A stretch of DNA of 64,000 nt, taken from an uncultured Bacilli bacterium (GTDB lineage Bacteria > Bacillota_I > Bacilli_A > RF39 > UBA660). Each line of letters opens with the position of its first letter. Position 1 is the first letter of the stretch. Positions 38,204-48,564 of the stretch are shown here, piece after piece. The stretch is taken from positions 11,077-75,076 of the forward strand of contig CALVYD010000004.1 of the NCBI GenBank assembly GCA_944371995.1, read 5' to 3'. A program made the position numbers and the translations under genes. The notes beneath the pieces were generated by a model that made no database searches, was not told the origin of the DNA, and saw nothing but the letters and a program-made list of their open reading frames with translations.

Positions 38204-39046
38204 ATGAAAGGACAGATTGTAAAGATTCATAGTGATTTGCATTATGTACAAGCAAATACAGAGATTTATCCATGTAAATGTAGAGGAATTTTTAGAAAAG
38301 AAAAAATATTACCCTTAGTAGGAGATTTTGTTGAATTTGATTCTAATAAATTAATAATTGAGAAGATTTTACCTAGAAAGAATGAATTCTTTCGACCTAA
38401 AGTTAGTAATATTGATCAAGCTTTTCTTATTACTAGTTTAGTTTCTCCTGATTTTTCCTTAAATTTACTTGATAAATTGCTTGTGCTTATGGAGTTACAT
38501 TCTGTCAAACCTGTTATTTGTATTACAAAAAGAGATTTAGTAACTGATGCGAAGTTTTGTGAAATTGAACCTATATTGAATTATTATAAACAATTAGGAT
38601 ATACTGTTATATTTAATACAGAGTTAGATAAAATAAAAGAATTGTTAAAAAATAAAACTAGTGTTTTTACCGGGCAAACAGGTGCTGGTAAAAGTACTTT
38701 GTTAAATAAACTAAAGCCAGATTGGAATTTGGAAACTGGTGAAGTTTCCGTTGCCTTAGGGCGTGGAAGACATACTACTCGTGTAGTTACGTTATATGAA
38801 CTTTTCGAAGGAAAAGTGATGGATACTCCTGGTTTTTCAGCTTTAGATTTTCAAGGATATTCTAAAGAACAAATTCGAGATGCTTTTATAGAGTTTTCTC
38901 ATTATCCTTGTCCATTTAAGGATTGTCTACATACAAAAGAAGCAGAATGTGAGGTAAAAAAGGCAGTTATTTCTAATAATATAATGAAGAGTCGCTATCT
39001 TAATTATTTAAGTTTTATTCAGGAGGGTGATTGTTATGAAGATTAG
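38204..39046 (+). CDS. rsgA: Ribosome small subunit-dependent GTPase A
   Basis: TKRD, GQTGAGKS, GRHTT, DTPG, C-terminal CPFKDCLH..C. Confidence 0.95.
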   Translation: MKGQIVKIHSDLHYVQANTEIYPCKCRGIFRKEKILPLVGDFVEFDSNKLIIEKILPRKNEFFRPKVSNIDQAFLITSLVSPDFSLNLLDKLLVLMELHSVKPVICITKRDLVTDAKFCEIEPILNYYKQLGYTVIFNTELDKIKELLKNKTSVFTGQTGAGKSTLLNKLKPDWNLETGEVSVALGRGRHTTRVVTLYELFEGKVMDTPGFSALDFQGYSKEQIRDAFIEFSHYPCPFKDCLHTKEAECEVKKAVISNNIMKSRYLNYLSFIQEGDCYED

Positions 39047-39662
39047 TGCTACCTTTTTAAGCAGTTCTAATATACCTGCAGATTTAAAAAAGTTAAATGA
39101 TACTGATGTTGATTATATACATGTAGATGTTATGGATGGTAAGTTTGTTCCTAATAAAACGATGCCTTTTCGAGAAATGAGAAATATCTACAAGTATACT
39201 GATAAAAGATTAGATGTTCATTTAATGGTCGATGATCCTAGAAAATATATTCCTTTATATGCTGAACTAAATACTGAGTATATTACTTTTCATGTAGAGG
39301 TGATGGAGCATGTTGAAGAATGTTTGGAAATGATAAAAAGTTATGGGATTAAGGCTGGTTTAGCATTGAAGCCAGCAACACCGGTTAAAAGTTTGGTTCC
39401 TTACTTACCACTCTTAGATTTGATTCTGGTTATGAGTGTGGAGCCTGGTAAGGGTGGACAGGAATTTATTGCTTCTTCAGGTTCAAAGATAGAAGAAGTA
39501 AGGGCGTTACTTGATTCTTATCAATCTAAAGCTGTTATTAATGTAGACGGGGGTATTAATAACGAGACAAAAGATAAGTGTCAAAAGTGTGATATATTGA
39601 CTTCTGGGAGTTATATTATAAATTCAGAGTCGTTCCAACAGCGTATTGATAGTCTTAGATAA
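39036..39662 (+). CDS. rpe: Ribulose-phosphate 3-epimerase
   Basis: HVDVMDGKFVPN, DVHLM, MSVEPGKGGQ, VDGGIN. Confidence 0.95.
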   Translation: MKISATFLSSSNIPADLKKLNDTDVDYIHVDVMDGKFVPNKTMPFREMRNIYKYTDKRLDVHLMVDDPRKYIPLYAELNTEYITFHVEVMEHVEECLEMIKSYGIKAGLALKPATPVKSLVPYLPLLDLILVMSVEPGKGGQEFIASSGSKIEEVRALLDSYQSKAVINVDGGINNETKDKCQKCDILTSGSYIINSESFQQRIDSLR

Positions 39663-39683
39663 AGAATAAAAAGGGGTGATACT

Positions 39684-41444
39684 ATGAATGATAATAACCA
39701 AGATAAAGGCTTGATTTCATCAGAAGATGTCTTGGCTGTCGTTAGTGGTAATCAAGATGCTTTAGCAGAGCAACTCGAACGTGCTAAAGAAGTTGCTATC
39801 GAACAATTAAATAGTAATCATTCTGCGGCTTTGGAAGAAGCTCAAAAAAAGAAAGAAGAAGAGCAGAAAAAAATAACAGAAGCTAATAGATTACAGATGG
39901 AAGCTCAAAAAAAGAATGAACAGCTAGTGTATCAAAAAGAAGAGCGTGAGCGGTTAACGAATGAACAGCTACAAGCTAACAAAAAAAAGGCATTACCACA
40001 GCAACAAAATGTTCAATCACAGCAAGTACAAGTTCAACTTGCTCCAGAAAAAGTTGATCCTAAAAAGAAGCGTGAACAAGAGCGTTTATTAAAAAAACAA
40101 GCTCTTGAGCAAAAGAAGAAAGAAAAAGAAGAAAAAAGAAGGTTAGAACAAGAACAAAAACGTATACAAAAAGAAAATGCTAAAAAAGCTAAATTAGATG
40201 CTAAGAAACAGAAGTTATTAGCTAAGCAACAGTCGAATGGTGCAAATACAGTGCAAAGTTCTATTGATGTGCAAAAAGTTAGTGAAGAAGAGTTAAAACG
40301 TCAAGAAGAGCAGAAAAAAGCAGAAGCATTAAGACAACAAGAATTGGAAAGACAAAGATTAATACAACAACAGGCTGCGCAACAGGAGGCGTATAGACAA
40401 CAAGTTTTATTACAACAACAAGCTGCTAAACACGCCGAGGAAATGGCTAAAGCGGAAGCCTTGAGACAACAACAGTTGGCACAGCAAAAAATGCAAGAAC
40501 AACAGGCTTATCAGCAACGGCAACTTTTACTTCAGCAACAGCAAAGAAAGCAGGCGGAAATGGCTGCACAACAAGCAAGAATTGCTAAAGAACAAGAGTT
40601 AATAAATAAAAGATATCAAGAGCAGCAGGCTAAACAACGAGAAGAAGCAGCTAGACAGCAAGCTATACTTCAAAAACAAAAAGAAGAAGCTGAAAGACAG
40701 CAAGCTAGGCAAAGAGAAGAGGCTGCAAAATTACAAGCAAAACAAGCGGAAGAAGCAGCTAGACAACAAGCTATGCTTCAAAAACAACAAGAAAAAGCGC
40801 AACAAGAAGCTACTAAAGCACGTAAAATATCTGATAAAAAAGCAGAAAAAGAATTAAGAGCAAAACAAAAGGCTGAGGCAAAAGCAGCGAGAAGAGCAGC
40901 TAGTAATTTTAAATATTATTTGGCTTTTATATTCTTTGTGTTTCTTCTTTTTGTGATTGGTTTTTTACCTGAAATTAATGATTACTTTAATCGTCGTAAA
41001 ATTGAACAAGAACAAAATACTAATTCTGTTATTACTACTGGTACATTATCTTGTGATATGAATACTAATGATGAAAGATTTGATTATTCTTATCAAGCGA
41101 CTTTTAACTTTCGAGATAATGAAATGTATCGTTTAACTTTTAAAACAACCATTAAAGGAGATAGAAATTTAGATGCTTTAGATCTTTCTGAAATGAAAAG
41201 TCAATGTGATTTATTAGAAAGTCAGGTTGTTAATGCTAATGGTGTTCGTGTTTCTTGTAGTTTAAATGAAGGGGTATATGTGAATGAACAAGTTCTAGAT
41301 TACTCTAGTTTAAATGTAGAAGAAGTTTCTACTGCTTATATAGAAGCAGGAGGAACTTATCCTAATTATGTATATCAACAAAATATTGATGATATTGAAA
41401 AGCAAATGAATTCGAGTAATTATAATTGTGAGAGAAGGAAGTAG
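39684..41444 (+). CDS. Bitopic membrane protein: long Q/E/K/A coiled coil, TM, 4-Cys extracellular domain
   Basis: About 400 aa of Q/K/E/A-rich helix; TM near residues 410-430; C-domain homologous to the next gene. Confidence 0.7.
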   Translation: MNDNNQDKGLISSEDVLAVVSGNQDALAEQLERAKEVAIEQLNSNHSAALEEAQKKKEEEQKKITEANRLQMEAQKKNEQLVYQKEERERLTNEQLQANKKKALPQQQNVQSQQVQVQLAPEKVDPKKKREQERLLKKQALEQKKKEKEEKRRLEQEQKRIQKENAKKAKLDAKKQKLLAKQQSNGANTVQSSIDVQKVSEEELKRQEEQKKAEALRQQELERQRLIQQQAAQQEAYRQQVLLQQQAAKHAEEMAKAEALRQQQLAQQKMQEQQAYQQRQLLLQQQQRKQAEMAAQQARIAKEQELINKRYQEQQAKQREEAARQQAILQKQKEEAERQQARQREEAAKLQAKQAEEAARQQAMLQKQQEKAQQEATKARKISDKKAEKELRAKQKAEAKAARRAASNFKYYLAFIFFVFLLFVIGFLPEINDYFNRRKIEQEQNTNSVITTGTLSCDMNTNDERFDYSYQATFNFRDNEMYRLTFKTTIKGDRNLDALDLSEMKSQCDLLESQVVNANGVRVSCSLNEGVYVNEQVLDYSSLNVEEVSTAYIEAGGTYPNYVYQQNIDDIEKQMNSSNYNCERRK

Positions 41445-41452
41445 GTGATATT

Positions 41453-42481
41453 ATGAGCAATAAGGATGATGATGTTGAATTACTAGATTCATCCATCAAT
41501 AAAAGTCAGAATCGTTCAGGTGATGTTTCTTCTTCAGATTTATTGGGAAATCAAGTTATTTCAAGTCTTGATTCTTCTCATCAGTCAGTAAATACTAATG
41601 ATTATTTTACTTCAAATACATCACCTAATCCATCTTTTTCCCAAGATAATATACAAACTAATTTGAATTCATTAGATTCTAATGAAGGTACTCCTCCTTT
41701 AGTTAATTCTAAGGATCAGCTATCTCCTATGTCAGATATGCCAAGACCTTTTTCTAATCAGGAAAATCAGTATCATGTAACTAGTAATGTGTTTCCTACT
41801 AGTGATTATCATTCTCATGCATCTATACAAAATAATAGTAGTACTACTAATTTAAATTCTAATAATAATAGTTTATCTTCTAAGGGTACTAATGTTTCTA
41901 CTTCTCAGTATGAATCTGTTGATTCTAATAATAATGGTAATGATACATCTAAGCCTACTAAGCCAATTGTATTTTTAATTATATTTTTAGTATTGTTATT
42001 GGTGATTTTTTTCCTTCCTTATATTGGTGATTTCTTTAATAAATTAATTCCTGAGTCTAAGATGTCTACTGAGGTTTCCAAAATAGAGAATGGCTCTCTT
42101 ACTTGTACTTTGGAGCATGAAGAAGAAAATGTTAGTTATTATTATACTGATACTTATGACTTTAAAAATCGTAAAGTTGAGAATTTACAGCATGTTGTTT
42201 CTATTCAAGGAGGTACTGATTTCTTAAATCAACGAAATGCTGAATGTCAAAATTTGCGGCAAGCTTCTTCTTATATTTCGGGTATTTCTATTGAATGTAA
42301 TTTATCTTCTGGTGAAATGGTAGAAACGCAGTTTTTTAATTTTAGTACTTTACGTGATATGGATGTTTCTACTGAATTTGTTGAAGCCGGGGGAATTTAT
42401 CCTAATGTTGAATATGGTGATGATATTTCAGAAATTGAAAAGAATTTAACTATTAGTGGATATGAATGTAGAGAATCTTAA
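41453..42481 (+). CDS. Bitopic membrane protein: S/N-rich disordered region, TM, 4-Cys domain (paralog of upstream gene)
   Basis: Shares G.L.C, EAGG.YPN and IEK......Y.C motifs with 39684..41444. Confidence 0.7.
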   Translation: MSNKDDDVELLDSSINKSQNRSGDVSSSDLLGNQVISSLDSSHQSVNTNDYFTSNTSPNPSFSQDNIQTNLNSLDSNEGTPPLVNSKDQLSPMSDMPRPFSNQENQYHVTSNVFPTSDYHSHASIQNNSSTTNLNSNNNSLSSKGTNVSTSQYESVDSNNNGNDTSKPTKPIVFLIIFLVLLLVIFFLPYIGDFFNKLIPESKMSTEVSKIENGSLTCTLEHEEENVSYYYTDTYDFKNRKVENLQHVVSIQGGTDFLNQRNAECQNLRQASSYISGISIECNLSSGEMVETQFFNFSTLRDMDVSTEFVEAGGIYPNVEYGDDISEIEKNLTISGYECRES

Positions 42482-42579
42482 TTTACATTTATTTACGAAT
42501 TTTACAATTGGTAATTTTTGTCAAGTTATTGTCTACTCTTTGTAAATATGCTAGACTAGTGTTTACAAGGAGTTTTTTT

Positions 42580-43269
42580 ATGAAAATTTTTATATATATT
42601 ATTAATTTTATGTTAATATTAGGTATTGTTCTTTATCTTACTATTGTTGGTATTCAAAGTACAAAACCTATGATTGTCTCAGTTGAACTTGAAGAGAAAA
42701 CTTTAAAAAGTTCTGATTTGTTAGCATATGCCAAGAATATAGAAAGTGTTGTTTCTAAAGAAATAGATAGTGATAGCGAAGTTGATTTAGATGATAGTGA
42801 GGATAAGGAAGAGACCATTATTGTGTCAAGTGATAATACAATTGAGAATGATAATGTCAATCAGGAGATTGTCGTTTCTGATGATTCTAGTTTAGATGAT
42901 AAAGCTTATGTAAGTGATGTTTTAGAAACTCAAGTAGGAAGTTTAAGTGGCTATGGACCTGATTGCTACGGGTGTAGTGGAATTCTCGCTAGTGGATTAG
43001 ATGTACGTGATGGAACTATTTATTATAGTGATTCTACTTATGGTGCTGTGCGAATTTTGGCCGGGGATAAATCTTATCCTTATGGTACGATTGTTAGAGT
43101 TAAAAATTCTAAAATTTCTGAGTTTATTGGTATTGTTTTAGATCGAGGTAGTGCAATTGGTTTTGGTAAAAGTCATTTGTTTGATTTACTTTTTCCCTCG
43201 TCTAGTGAAGCTTTAGTTTATGAGGTTTCTTATAATACTACATTTGAAATATTACGGTACGGGTATTAA
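42580..43269 (+). CDS. 3D-domain (MltA/Sps-like) cell-wall protein
   Basis: N-terminal TM; GYGPDCYGCSG.LASG, ILAGDK.YPYGT.V, LDRGSAI, FDL. Confidence 0.75.
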   Translation: MKIFIYIINFMLILGIVLYLTIVGIQSTKPMIVSVELEEKTLKSSDLLAYAKNIESVVSKEIDSDSEVDLDDSEDKEETIIVSSDNTIENDNVNQEIVVSDDSSLDDKAYVSDVLETQVGSLSGYGPDCYGCSGILASGLDVRDGTIYYSDSTYGAVRILAGDKSYPYGTIVRVKNSKISEFIGIVLDRGSAIGFGKSHLFDLLFPSSSEALVYEVSYNTTFEILRYGY

Positions 43270-43330
43270 TTATCTTGAATAATTCTCTTTTATTTGATAT
43301 AATATGTTTACTTTTAAGGAGGTTGGTTTT

Positions 43331-43597
43331 ATGAGTTTTACAGATATACCTGATGATACTTTGGATGATAAAGATTTTGCAGAAATAGGTGATGATAATT
43401 ATTATTTCAATTCTTCTTTAGGCATTTCTGGTATTGATTCTAGTTTGTTAGAAGAATTTCTTGATTTAGATATTCCTCTAGGGGATGAGATATTAGCATC
43501 TGATAGGGCTTGTGAGATTTTAAATCGTATTTCTCAAAATGACGATGATTCTTTTTTGCCTGATTTTGAAGGTAAGACTATTGGTCCTAAAAAATAA
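43331..43597 (+). CDS. Small acidic hypothetical protein
   Basis: AAGGAGGT RBS before ATG 43331; Asp-rich. Confidence 0.6.
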   Translation: MSFTDIPDDTLDDKDFAEIGDDNYYFNSSLGISGIDSSLLEEFLDLDIPLGDEILASDRACEILNRISQNDDDSFLPDFEGKTIGPKK

Positions 43598-43660
43598 TAA
43601 GGATATTATTCCTTTTTTTTTGCTTTCATGTTAAAATTAGTATGCTAGATGGAGGTATAA

Positions 43661-45820
43661 TTGATGAATGAATTTATTATTAAAGAGATAGCAAATAATT
43701 TAAATATTACAGATAAACAAGTAGAAGTTGTTTTATCTTTACTTAGTGAAGGAAATACGGTTCCTTTTATTGCGCGTTATAGAAAGGAAGCAACTGGTGC
43801 TTTAGATGAAGAGACGATTCGTTCTATTAATGAAGTATATCTATATCAAGTTAATTTGTTAAAGAGAAAAGAAGATGTTATTCGTTTGATCGATGAGAAG
43901 GGTATGCTTACTGATGAATTAAAGAATTCTATTATGAATTGTACAAAGTTAGTCGATGTGGAAGATTTATATCGTCCTTATAAAGAAAAGAAAAAAACAA
44001 AGGCTACCGAAGCTATTGCTTTAGGACTTGAACCTTTAGCTAAAATGATGATGAGTTTTCCTACTACGGGTAGTTTAGAAGATATGGCTACTAAATTTGT
44101 AAAGGATAAAGTAAAAACTGTAGAAGAGGCCATTACAGGAGCTAAATATATTATTGCAGAATGGATTAGTGATAATGCTAGTTATCGTAAGTGGATTCGT
44201 AGTTATTTTTATAAGAATGGTATTATTACTTCTAAAATAAAGAAAAATGCTGAAGACGAAGGTAAAGTATATGAGATGTATTATGATTATAGTGAGCCTG
44301 TAAAATGGATTAAACCTCATCGTATTTTAGCGCTTAATCGTGGTGAGAAAGAGAAAGTGTTAACAGTTTCTATCGATGTTGATAAAGAGGGTATCCTTGC
44401 CTTTTTAGAGAAGAAAATTATTAAGAATGAGAAATCTTTTGTTGTTAGTAGCATTAAAGAAGCAATAGAAGATGCTTATAAGAGATTGATTGCTCCTTCT
44501 ATTGAGCGTGAAGTACGAGCAGAACTTTCTGAAAAAGGAGAAGAAGCGGCGATTGATAACTTTGGAAAGAATTTAGAGGCACTATTACTTACTCCTCCTA
44601 TGAAAGAACAAGTAGTTCTTGCTTTTGATCCGGGTTTTGTTAATGGATGTAAGTTGGCTGTCGTTGATAAGAATGGAAAGTATTTAGACTCTACTGTAAT
44701 TAAACCATTTTTAAATAATAATAGTGAAGATAGAATTCGTTTGTCTATGGAAGTTGTTGTAGGACTAATTAAAAGATATCATGTTGATATTATTGCGATT
44801 GGTAATGGTACGGCATCTAGAGAATCTGAAAAATTTTGTGCAGATATGATTCATAAATATCAGTTAGATTGTAAATATGCCATTGTATCTGAAGCGGGAG
44901 CATCTATTTATAGTGCTTCTCCAGTTGCAGCAGAAGAGTTTCCTGATTTAGCAATTGAAAAACGTAGTGCTGTTAGTATTGGTAGACGTATTCAAGATCC
45001 ACTTGCTGAACTTGTAAAGATTCCACCAGAAGGAATTGGTGTTGGACTTTATCAACATGATGTTAGCGAGAAAAAGTTGTCTAGTTCTTTAGATTTTGTC
45101 GTTGAAAAATGTGTTAATAGCGTAGGTGTTAATGTTAATACTGCTTCTAGTTCACTACTTAGTTATGTATCTGGTCTTACTAAGAAGACATGTCAAAAAT
45201 TAATTGAGTATCGTGAAAAAGTAGGAAAGATTGTATCTCGTGATGAGATTCGTAAAAAGAAGTTACTTACTGATAAAACTTACGAACAAGCAATTGGTTT
45301 TCTACGTATCTTAGATGGTGATAATGCTTTAGATAAGACAGCAATCCATCCAGAAAGCTATGATATTGCGGAGAATTTATTAAAGGACTTAGGTTTTACT
45401 ATTAGTGATATAGGTAGTCCTGAATTAATCGATAAGTTAAATAAGATTGATGTTCGTAGTTATCAAGAAAAACTGGGTACTGATCAATATACTTTAGAAG
45501 ATGTTATATTGTCTTTAAAGAAACCTAATTTAGATCCTAGAGATGAAATGCCGCAACCACTACTTCGTAGTGATATTTTAGATATTAAAGATTTGACGGT
45601 TGGTATGAAGTTACAAGGTACTGTTCGTAATGTTGTTGATTTCGGGGCTTTTATTGATATTGGTCTTCATAACGACGGGCTTGCTCATATCTCTAAGCTT
45701 ACAGATAAATATATTAAACATCCTAGCGAAGTAGTTAGTGTTGGAGATATTGTTGATTGTTATGTAGATGATATTAATTTAGAAAAAGGAAAGGTTAGCT
45801 TGAGTTTACTTCCTCGCTAA
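43661..45820 (+). CDS. tex: Tex family transcription accessory protein
   Basis: GNTVPFIARYRKE, AIGNGTASRES, QDPLAELVKI, C-terminal S1 domain. Confidence 0.95.
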   Translation: MMNEFIIKEIANNLNITDKQVEVVLSLLSEGNTVPFIARYRKEATGALDEETIRSINEVYLYQVNLLKRKEDVIRLIDEKGMLTDELKNSIMNCTKLVDVEDLYRPYKEKKKTKATEAIALGLEPLAKMMMSFPTTGSLEDMATKFVKDKVKTVEEAITGAKYIIAEWISDNASYRKWIRSYFYKNGIITSKIKKNAEDEGKVYEMYYDYSEPVKWIKPHRILALNRGEKEKVLTVSIDVDKEGILAFLEKKIIKNEKSFVVSSIKEAIEDAYKRLIAPSIEREVRAELSEKGEEAAIDNFGKNLEALLLTPPMKEQVVLAFDPGFVNGCKLAVVDKNGKYLDSTVIKPFLNNNSEDRIRLSMEVVVGLIKRYHVDIIAIGNGTASRESEKFCADMIHKYQLDCKYAIVSEAGASIYSASPVAAEEFPDLAIEKRSAVSIGRRIQDPLAELVKIPPEGIGVGLYQHDVSEKKLSSSLDFVVEKCVNSVGVNVNTASSSLLSYVSGLTKKTCQKLIEYREKVGKIVSRDEIRKKKLLTDKTYEQAIGFLRILDGDNALDKTAIHPESYDIAENLLKDLGFTISDIGSPELIDKLNKIDVRSYQEKLGTDQYTLEDVILSLKKPNLDPRDEMPQPLLRSDILDIKDLTVGMKLQGTVRNVVDFGAFIDIGLHNDGLAHISKLTDKYIKHPSEVVSVGDIVDCYVDDINLEKGKVSLSLLPR

Positions 45821-45856
45821 TCTTTTTTATGTTATACTTTTTGTAGGTGTGGAATT

Positions 45857-47017
45857 ATGAATGCTAAAAAATTTGAGAAAAAATTGAGTCATTATTATGA
45901 ACAAGGATTAGTTTATCCAGGCTTTATTCACTGGGTCTATTCTCATGATAAAAAGAGTCTTTTTCATGATCAAAGTCTTGTTTCTTTGTTACAAGAGCAT
46001 TATAAAGAGATTGTATCTAAGTGTTTACCAAGTAATCGTTTTTTACTTGTATCTGAGCTAAGTCGGAAAGATGATATGAATAGTTTTACTAAGGAACAGA
46101 TTCCTTTTTTATTATCTTTTGTTGATAGTGAATATTCTTTTTTTGACTTTGATGATTTATGCCCTGATTTGAAGATTAAAGATTATATTAATACACATTT
46201 TACTAGTCTTATTTCTAATATTCCTAATGTATGTTTTTATTCTATGGCTGTTAAAAATGGTGATGTTGATGATAAAAATAGAGAAGCTTTAAATCAATTT
46301 TTAACTAAAAATAAAAGAGAATATGTTGAGTTTTTATTAGGAAATAAACTTCCTAAAGATGCTAAAAATTATGATGATGTTATCGATGTTACTTTAAAAT
46401 TAGTGGATGAAGTTTTGGAACATGAGAATCTTTCTTACACGGATATTAAAAGACTTAATAGTGGAGGGTATTCTGATGTTATTCTTATCGGTAGTAAAGT
46501 GTTAAAGGTTGGTAAGGAAAGAGGTACTTATTATGTTCCTAATAATGAATATTTATTAAAACCATATATTCGTGTTAATTTGGAAGATATTTCTGATGTT
46601 CCTGGTACTATTGAAGTAGTGGAAAAGGTTAATACTGATGTTTCTGATATTGATTTATATTCTTTTTATAAAGAACTTAGAAAAAAGGGAATTGTATGTA
46701 TGGATATTAAGTCAATTAATTTAGGAATTCTTCTTAAAGATAATACGTTTCATTGGAATAAACAGCTGGGTAGGGATGTATCTGTTAGAGGTTTAATTGG
46801 TGATGATAATTTTTCCCCTCTTTCAAAAGGAAGCCCTGTTATTTTAGATTCTGATCATATTTATTCTGAGAGAATGTTTAATTTTTTATCTAAAAGAAAA
46901 GAAAATAATTTTAAAAGTTTACCTGGTTATCAATATGAACAAAGATATCAAAAAGAGTTAGCTGATATGCTTAATGATGAGAAAAGTAATGTTGTTGATG
47001 GTAAGAGGATAAAATAG
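45857..47017 (+). CDS. Orphan kinase-like protein, paralog A
   Basis: SGGYSDV (G-loop), VLKVG, DIKSIN, ILDSD. Confidence 0.6.
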   Translation: MNAKKFEKKLSHYYEQGLVYPGFIHWVYSHDKKSLFHDQSLVSLLQEHYKEIVSKCLPSNRFLLVSELSRKDDMNSFTKEQIPFLLSFVDSEYSFFDFDDLCPDLKIKDYINTHFTSLISNIPNVCFYSMAVKNGDVDDKNREALNQFLTKNKREYVEFLLGNKLPKDAKNYDDVIDVTLKLVDEVLEHENLSYTDIKRLNSGGYSDVILIGSKVLKVGKERGTYYVPNNEYLLKPYIRVNLEDISDVPGTIEVVEKVNTDVSDIDLYSFYKELRKKGIVCMDIKSINLGILLKDNTFHWNKQLGRDVSVRGLIGDDNFSPLSKGSPVILDSDHIYSERMFNFLSKRKENNFKSLPGYQYEQRYQKELADMLNDEKSNVVDGKRIK

Positions 47018-47078
47018 TTTTCTTTCTTTTTTTTGTTAATAAGGAATCTGCTTTTCAATAGGTCTTATTGTTTTCGTC

Positions 47079-47292
47079 TTAGAATATAAAGCTAAGATAT
47101 ATGGAAAAAGATATATCAAAATAGATAGTTATTATCTAAGCAGTCAGGAGTGTAACAGGTGTGGATATAAGAATGAGAAGGTAAAAGAATTAAGTGTTAG
47201 AAGTTGGATATGTCCAAAATGTGAAAGTTATCATGAATGTCGGTTATAATATTATGTTTGAAGGATGAAAGAAGTATATGATGGAGTTAAAG
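47079..47292 (+). pseudogene. tnpB: IS200/IS605 tnpB C-terminal fragment, degraded
   Basis: Reads LEYKAKIYGKRYIKIDSYYLSSQECNRCGYKNEKVKELSVRSWICPKCESYH (TnpB zinc finger); the DRD.N RuvC-III motif is deleted, then NVGYNIMFEG* in another frame. Confidence 0.85.
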
Positions 47293-47380
47293 TAGATAAG
47301 AAAGAAACAAAAGAAAACTACGGTAGCGACTACCTTCTGTTAAGCAATCACGAAGTAAGTTTACTTAATTCTTTTGTTCT
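47293..47380 (+). mobile_element. IS200/IS605 right-end / omegaRNA-like structured remnant
   Basis: ACTACGGTAGCGACTACC hairpin directly after tnpB; enclosed by AACAAAAGAA/TTCTTTTGTT stem. Confidence 0.6.
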
Positions 47381-47466
47381 GATATTATATTAGTAATTCC
47401 TTTTTATAGGATAATTTGTAAGAATTATTTTACAAGAGTTTTTATTGCAAATTAGAAGGTGAGATT

Positions 47467-48564
47467 ATGGAGAAAGAGGAACTTATTAATATTATTTCTT
47501 ATAGTGTACAACATCATGAGATTGCTCCAGGTTTTTTTGATTATTTATATGAAGAAGTTAAAGATTCTATTATATTAACAGAAATAATTAAAGAAAAATT
47601 TGATTTTATACTTTCTGCTTTTCCTAATAATTCTTTTTTTTCATTGGTTTTGGAAGAATTATCATGTTATGATGATATGCATTCTCATATTGTTAAGAAT
47701 ATTCCTATCGTATTAAAATATTTTCATGGAGATTTAGATAATCTTTCTACTTTTTCTATACAAGAATATGTGAATTCTCATTTTTCTGAATTAGTATCCT
47801 ATATTCCTAAAGACACTTTTTTTGCTATGGCTATTTCTGATTATTATGTGCAAGAAAAGAATAGGAATCTATTAAATCAGTATTTAATGGATTATAAAAA
47901 GGATTATGTTTCTTTTTTACTTGGGAAAAAGTTATCTTTATCTTATTCTGATACACAACTTGATACTCTTATGGATGTTTTAGTTATGTTAGTAGATGAA
48001 CTTTTGAAACATGAAGAACTTTCTTATGTTGATATAAAATTGCTTTCTGCAGGGTCTTTTTCTGATGTTATAGAAATAGGAAGTAAAGTAGTAAAAGTTG
48101 GTGATGAACGATATACCTATTTTATGCCTAATAGTCCTTATTTTTTGGCACCATTAATTAGGGTTAATTTAGAAGATATTTCTTTTCTTAAAGGAACAAT
48201 TGAAGTTGTTGAAAAAGTGGATACAGATATTCATATTTCTGAGTCTGAATTATACGAGTTATATAGGCTGATTCGTTTGGATAAGCAGATATGGTTAGAT
48301 GTAAAAAAAGAAAATGTAGGTAGACTTTTATGTGATAATACGATTCATTATAAAAAGACACTTTATCCTGATTCTATTACTCGTGGCCTTCTGGGAGAAA
48401 ATACCACGGTTTTAAAAAAAGGAGATTATGTGGTTTGTGATTTAGACCATTTAGTGTTTGAAGAAGTTTTTCAGAATGATTTTGGTTTGCGACAAAATTT
48501 CTATCTTTCTAATGCTTATGATTTTGAAGAAAAATATCAAAAGTCTAAAATAAAAAATGATTAA
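47467..48564 (+). CDS. Orphan kinase-like protein, paralog B
   Basis: SAGSFSDV, VVKVG, DVKKEN, VCDLD; shares RVNLEDIS..GTIEVVEKV.TD with paralog A. Confidence 0.6.
   Translation: MEKEELINIISYSVQHHEIAPGFFDYLYEEVKDSIILTEIIKEKFDFILSAFPNNSFFSLVLEELSCYDDMHSHIVKNIPIVLKYFHGDLDNLSTFSIQEYVNSHFSELVSYIPKDTFFAMAISDYYVQEKNRNLLNQYLMDYKKDYVSFLLGKKLSLSYSDTQLDTLMDVLVMLVDELLKHEELSYVDIKLLSAGSFSDVIEIGSKVVKVGDERYTYFMPNSPYFLAPLIRVNLEDISFLKGTIEVVEKVDTDIHISESELYELYRLIRLDKQIWLDVKKENVGRLLCDNTIHYKKTLYPDSITRGLLGENTTVLKKGDYVVCDLDHLVFEEVFQNDFGLRQNFYLSNAYDFEEKYQKSKIKND

Noticed and set aside
40300-40830. Repeated GAAGAAGCAGCTAGACA(G/A)CAAGCTAT segments as a repeat array
   Set aside because: In-frame coding repeats (EEAARQQA) of the coiled-coil protein
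47079-47380. tnpB as an active nuclease or as the effector for the CRISPR array
   Set aside because: Only the C-terminal fragment remains, with no start codon and the RuvC-III Asp motif deleted; it is 22 kb from the array, whose repeats look class 1
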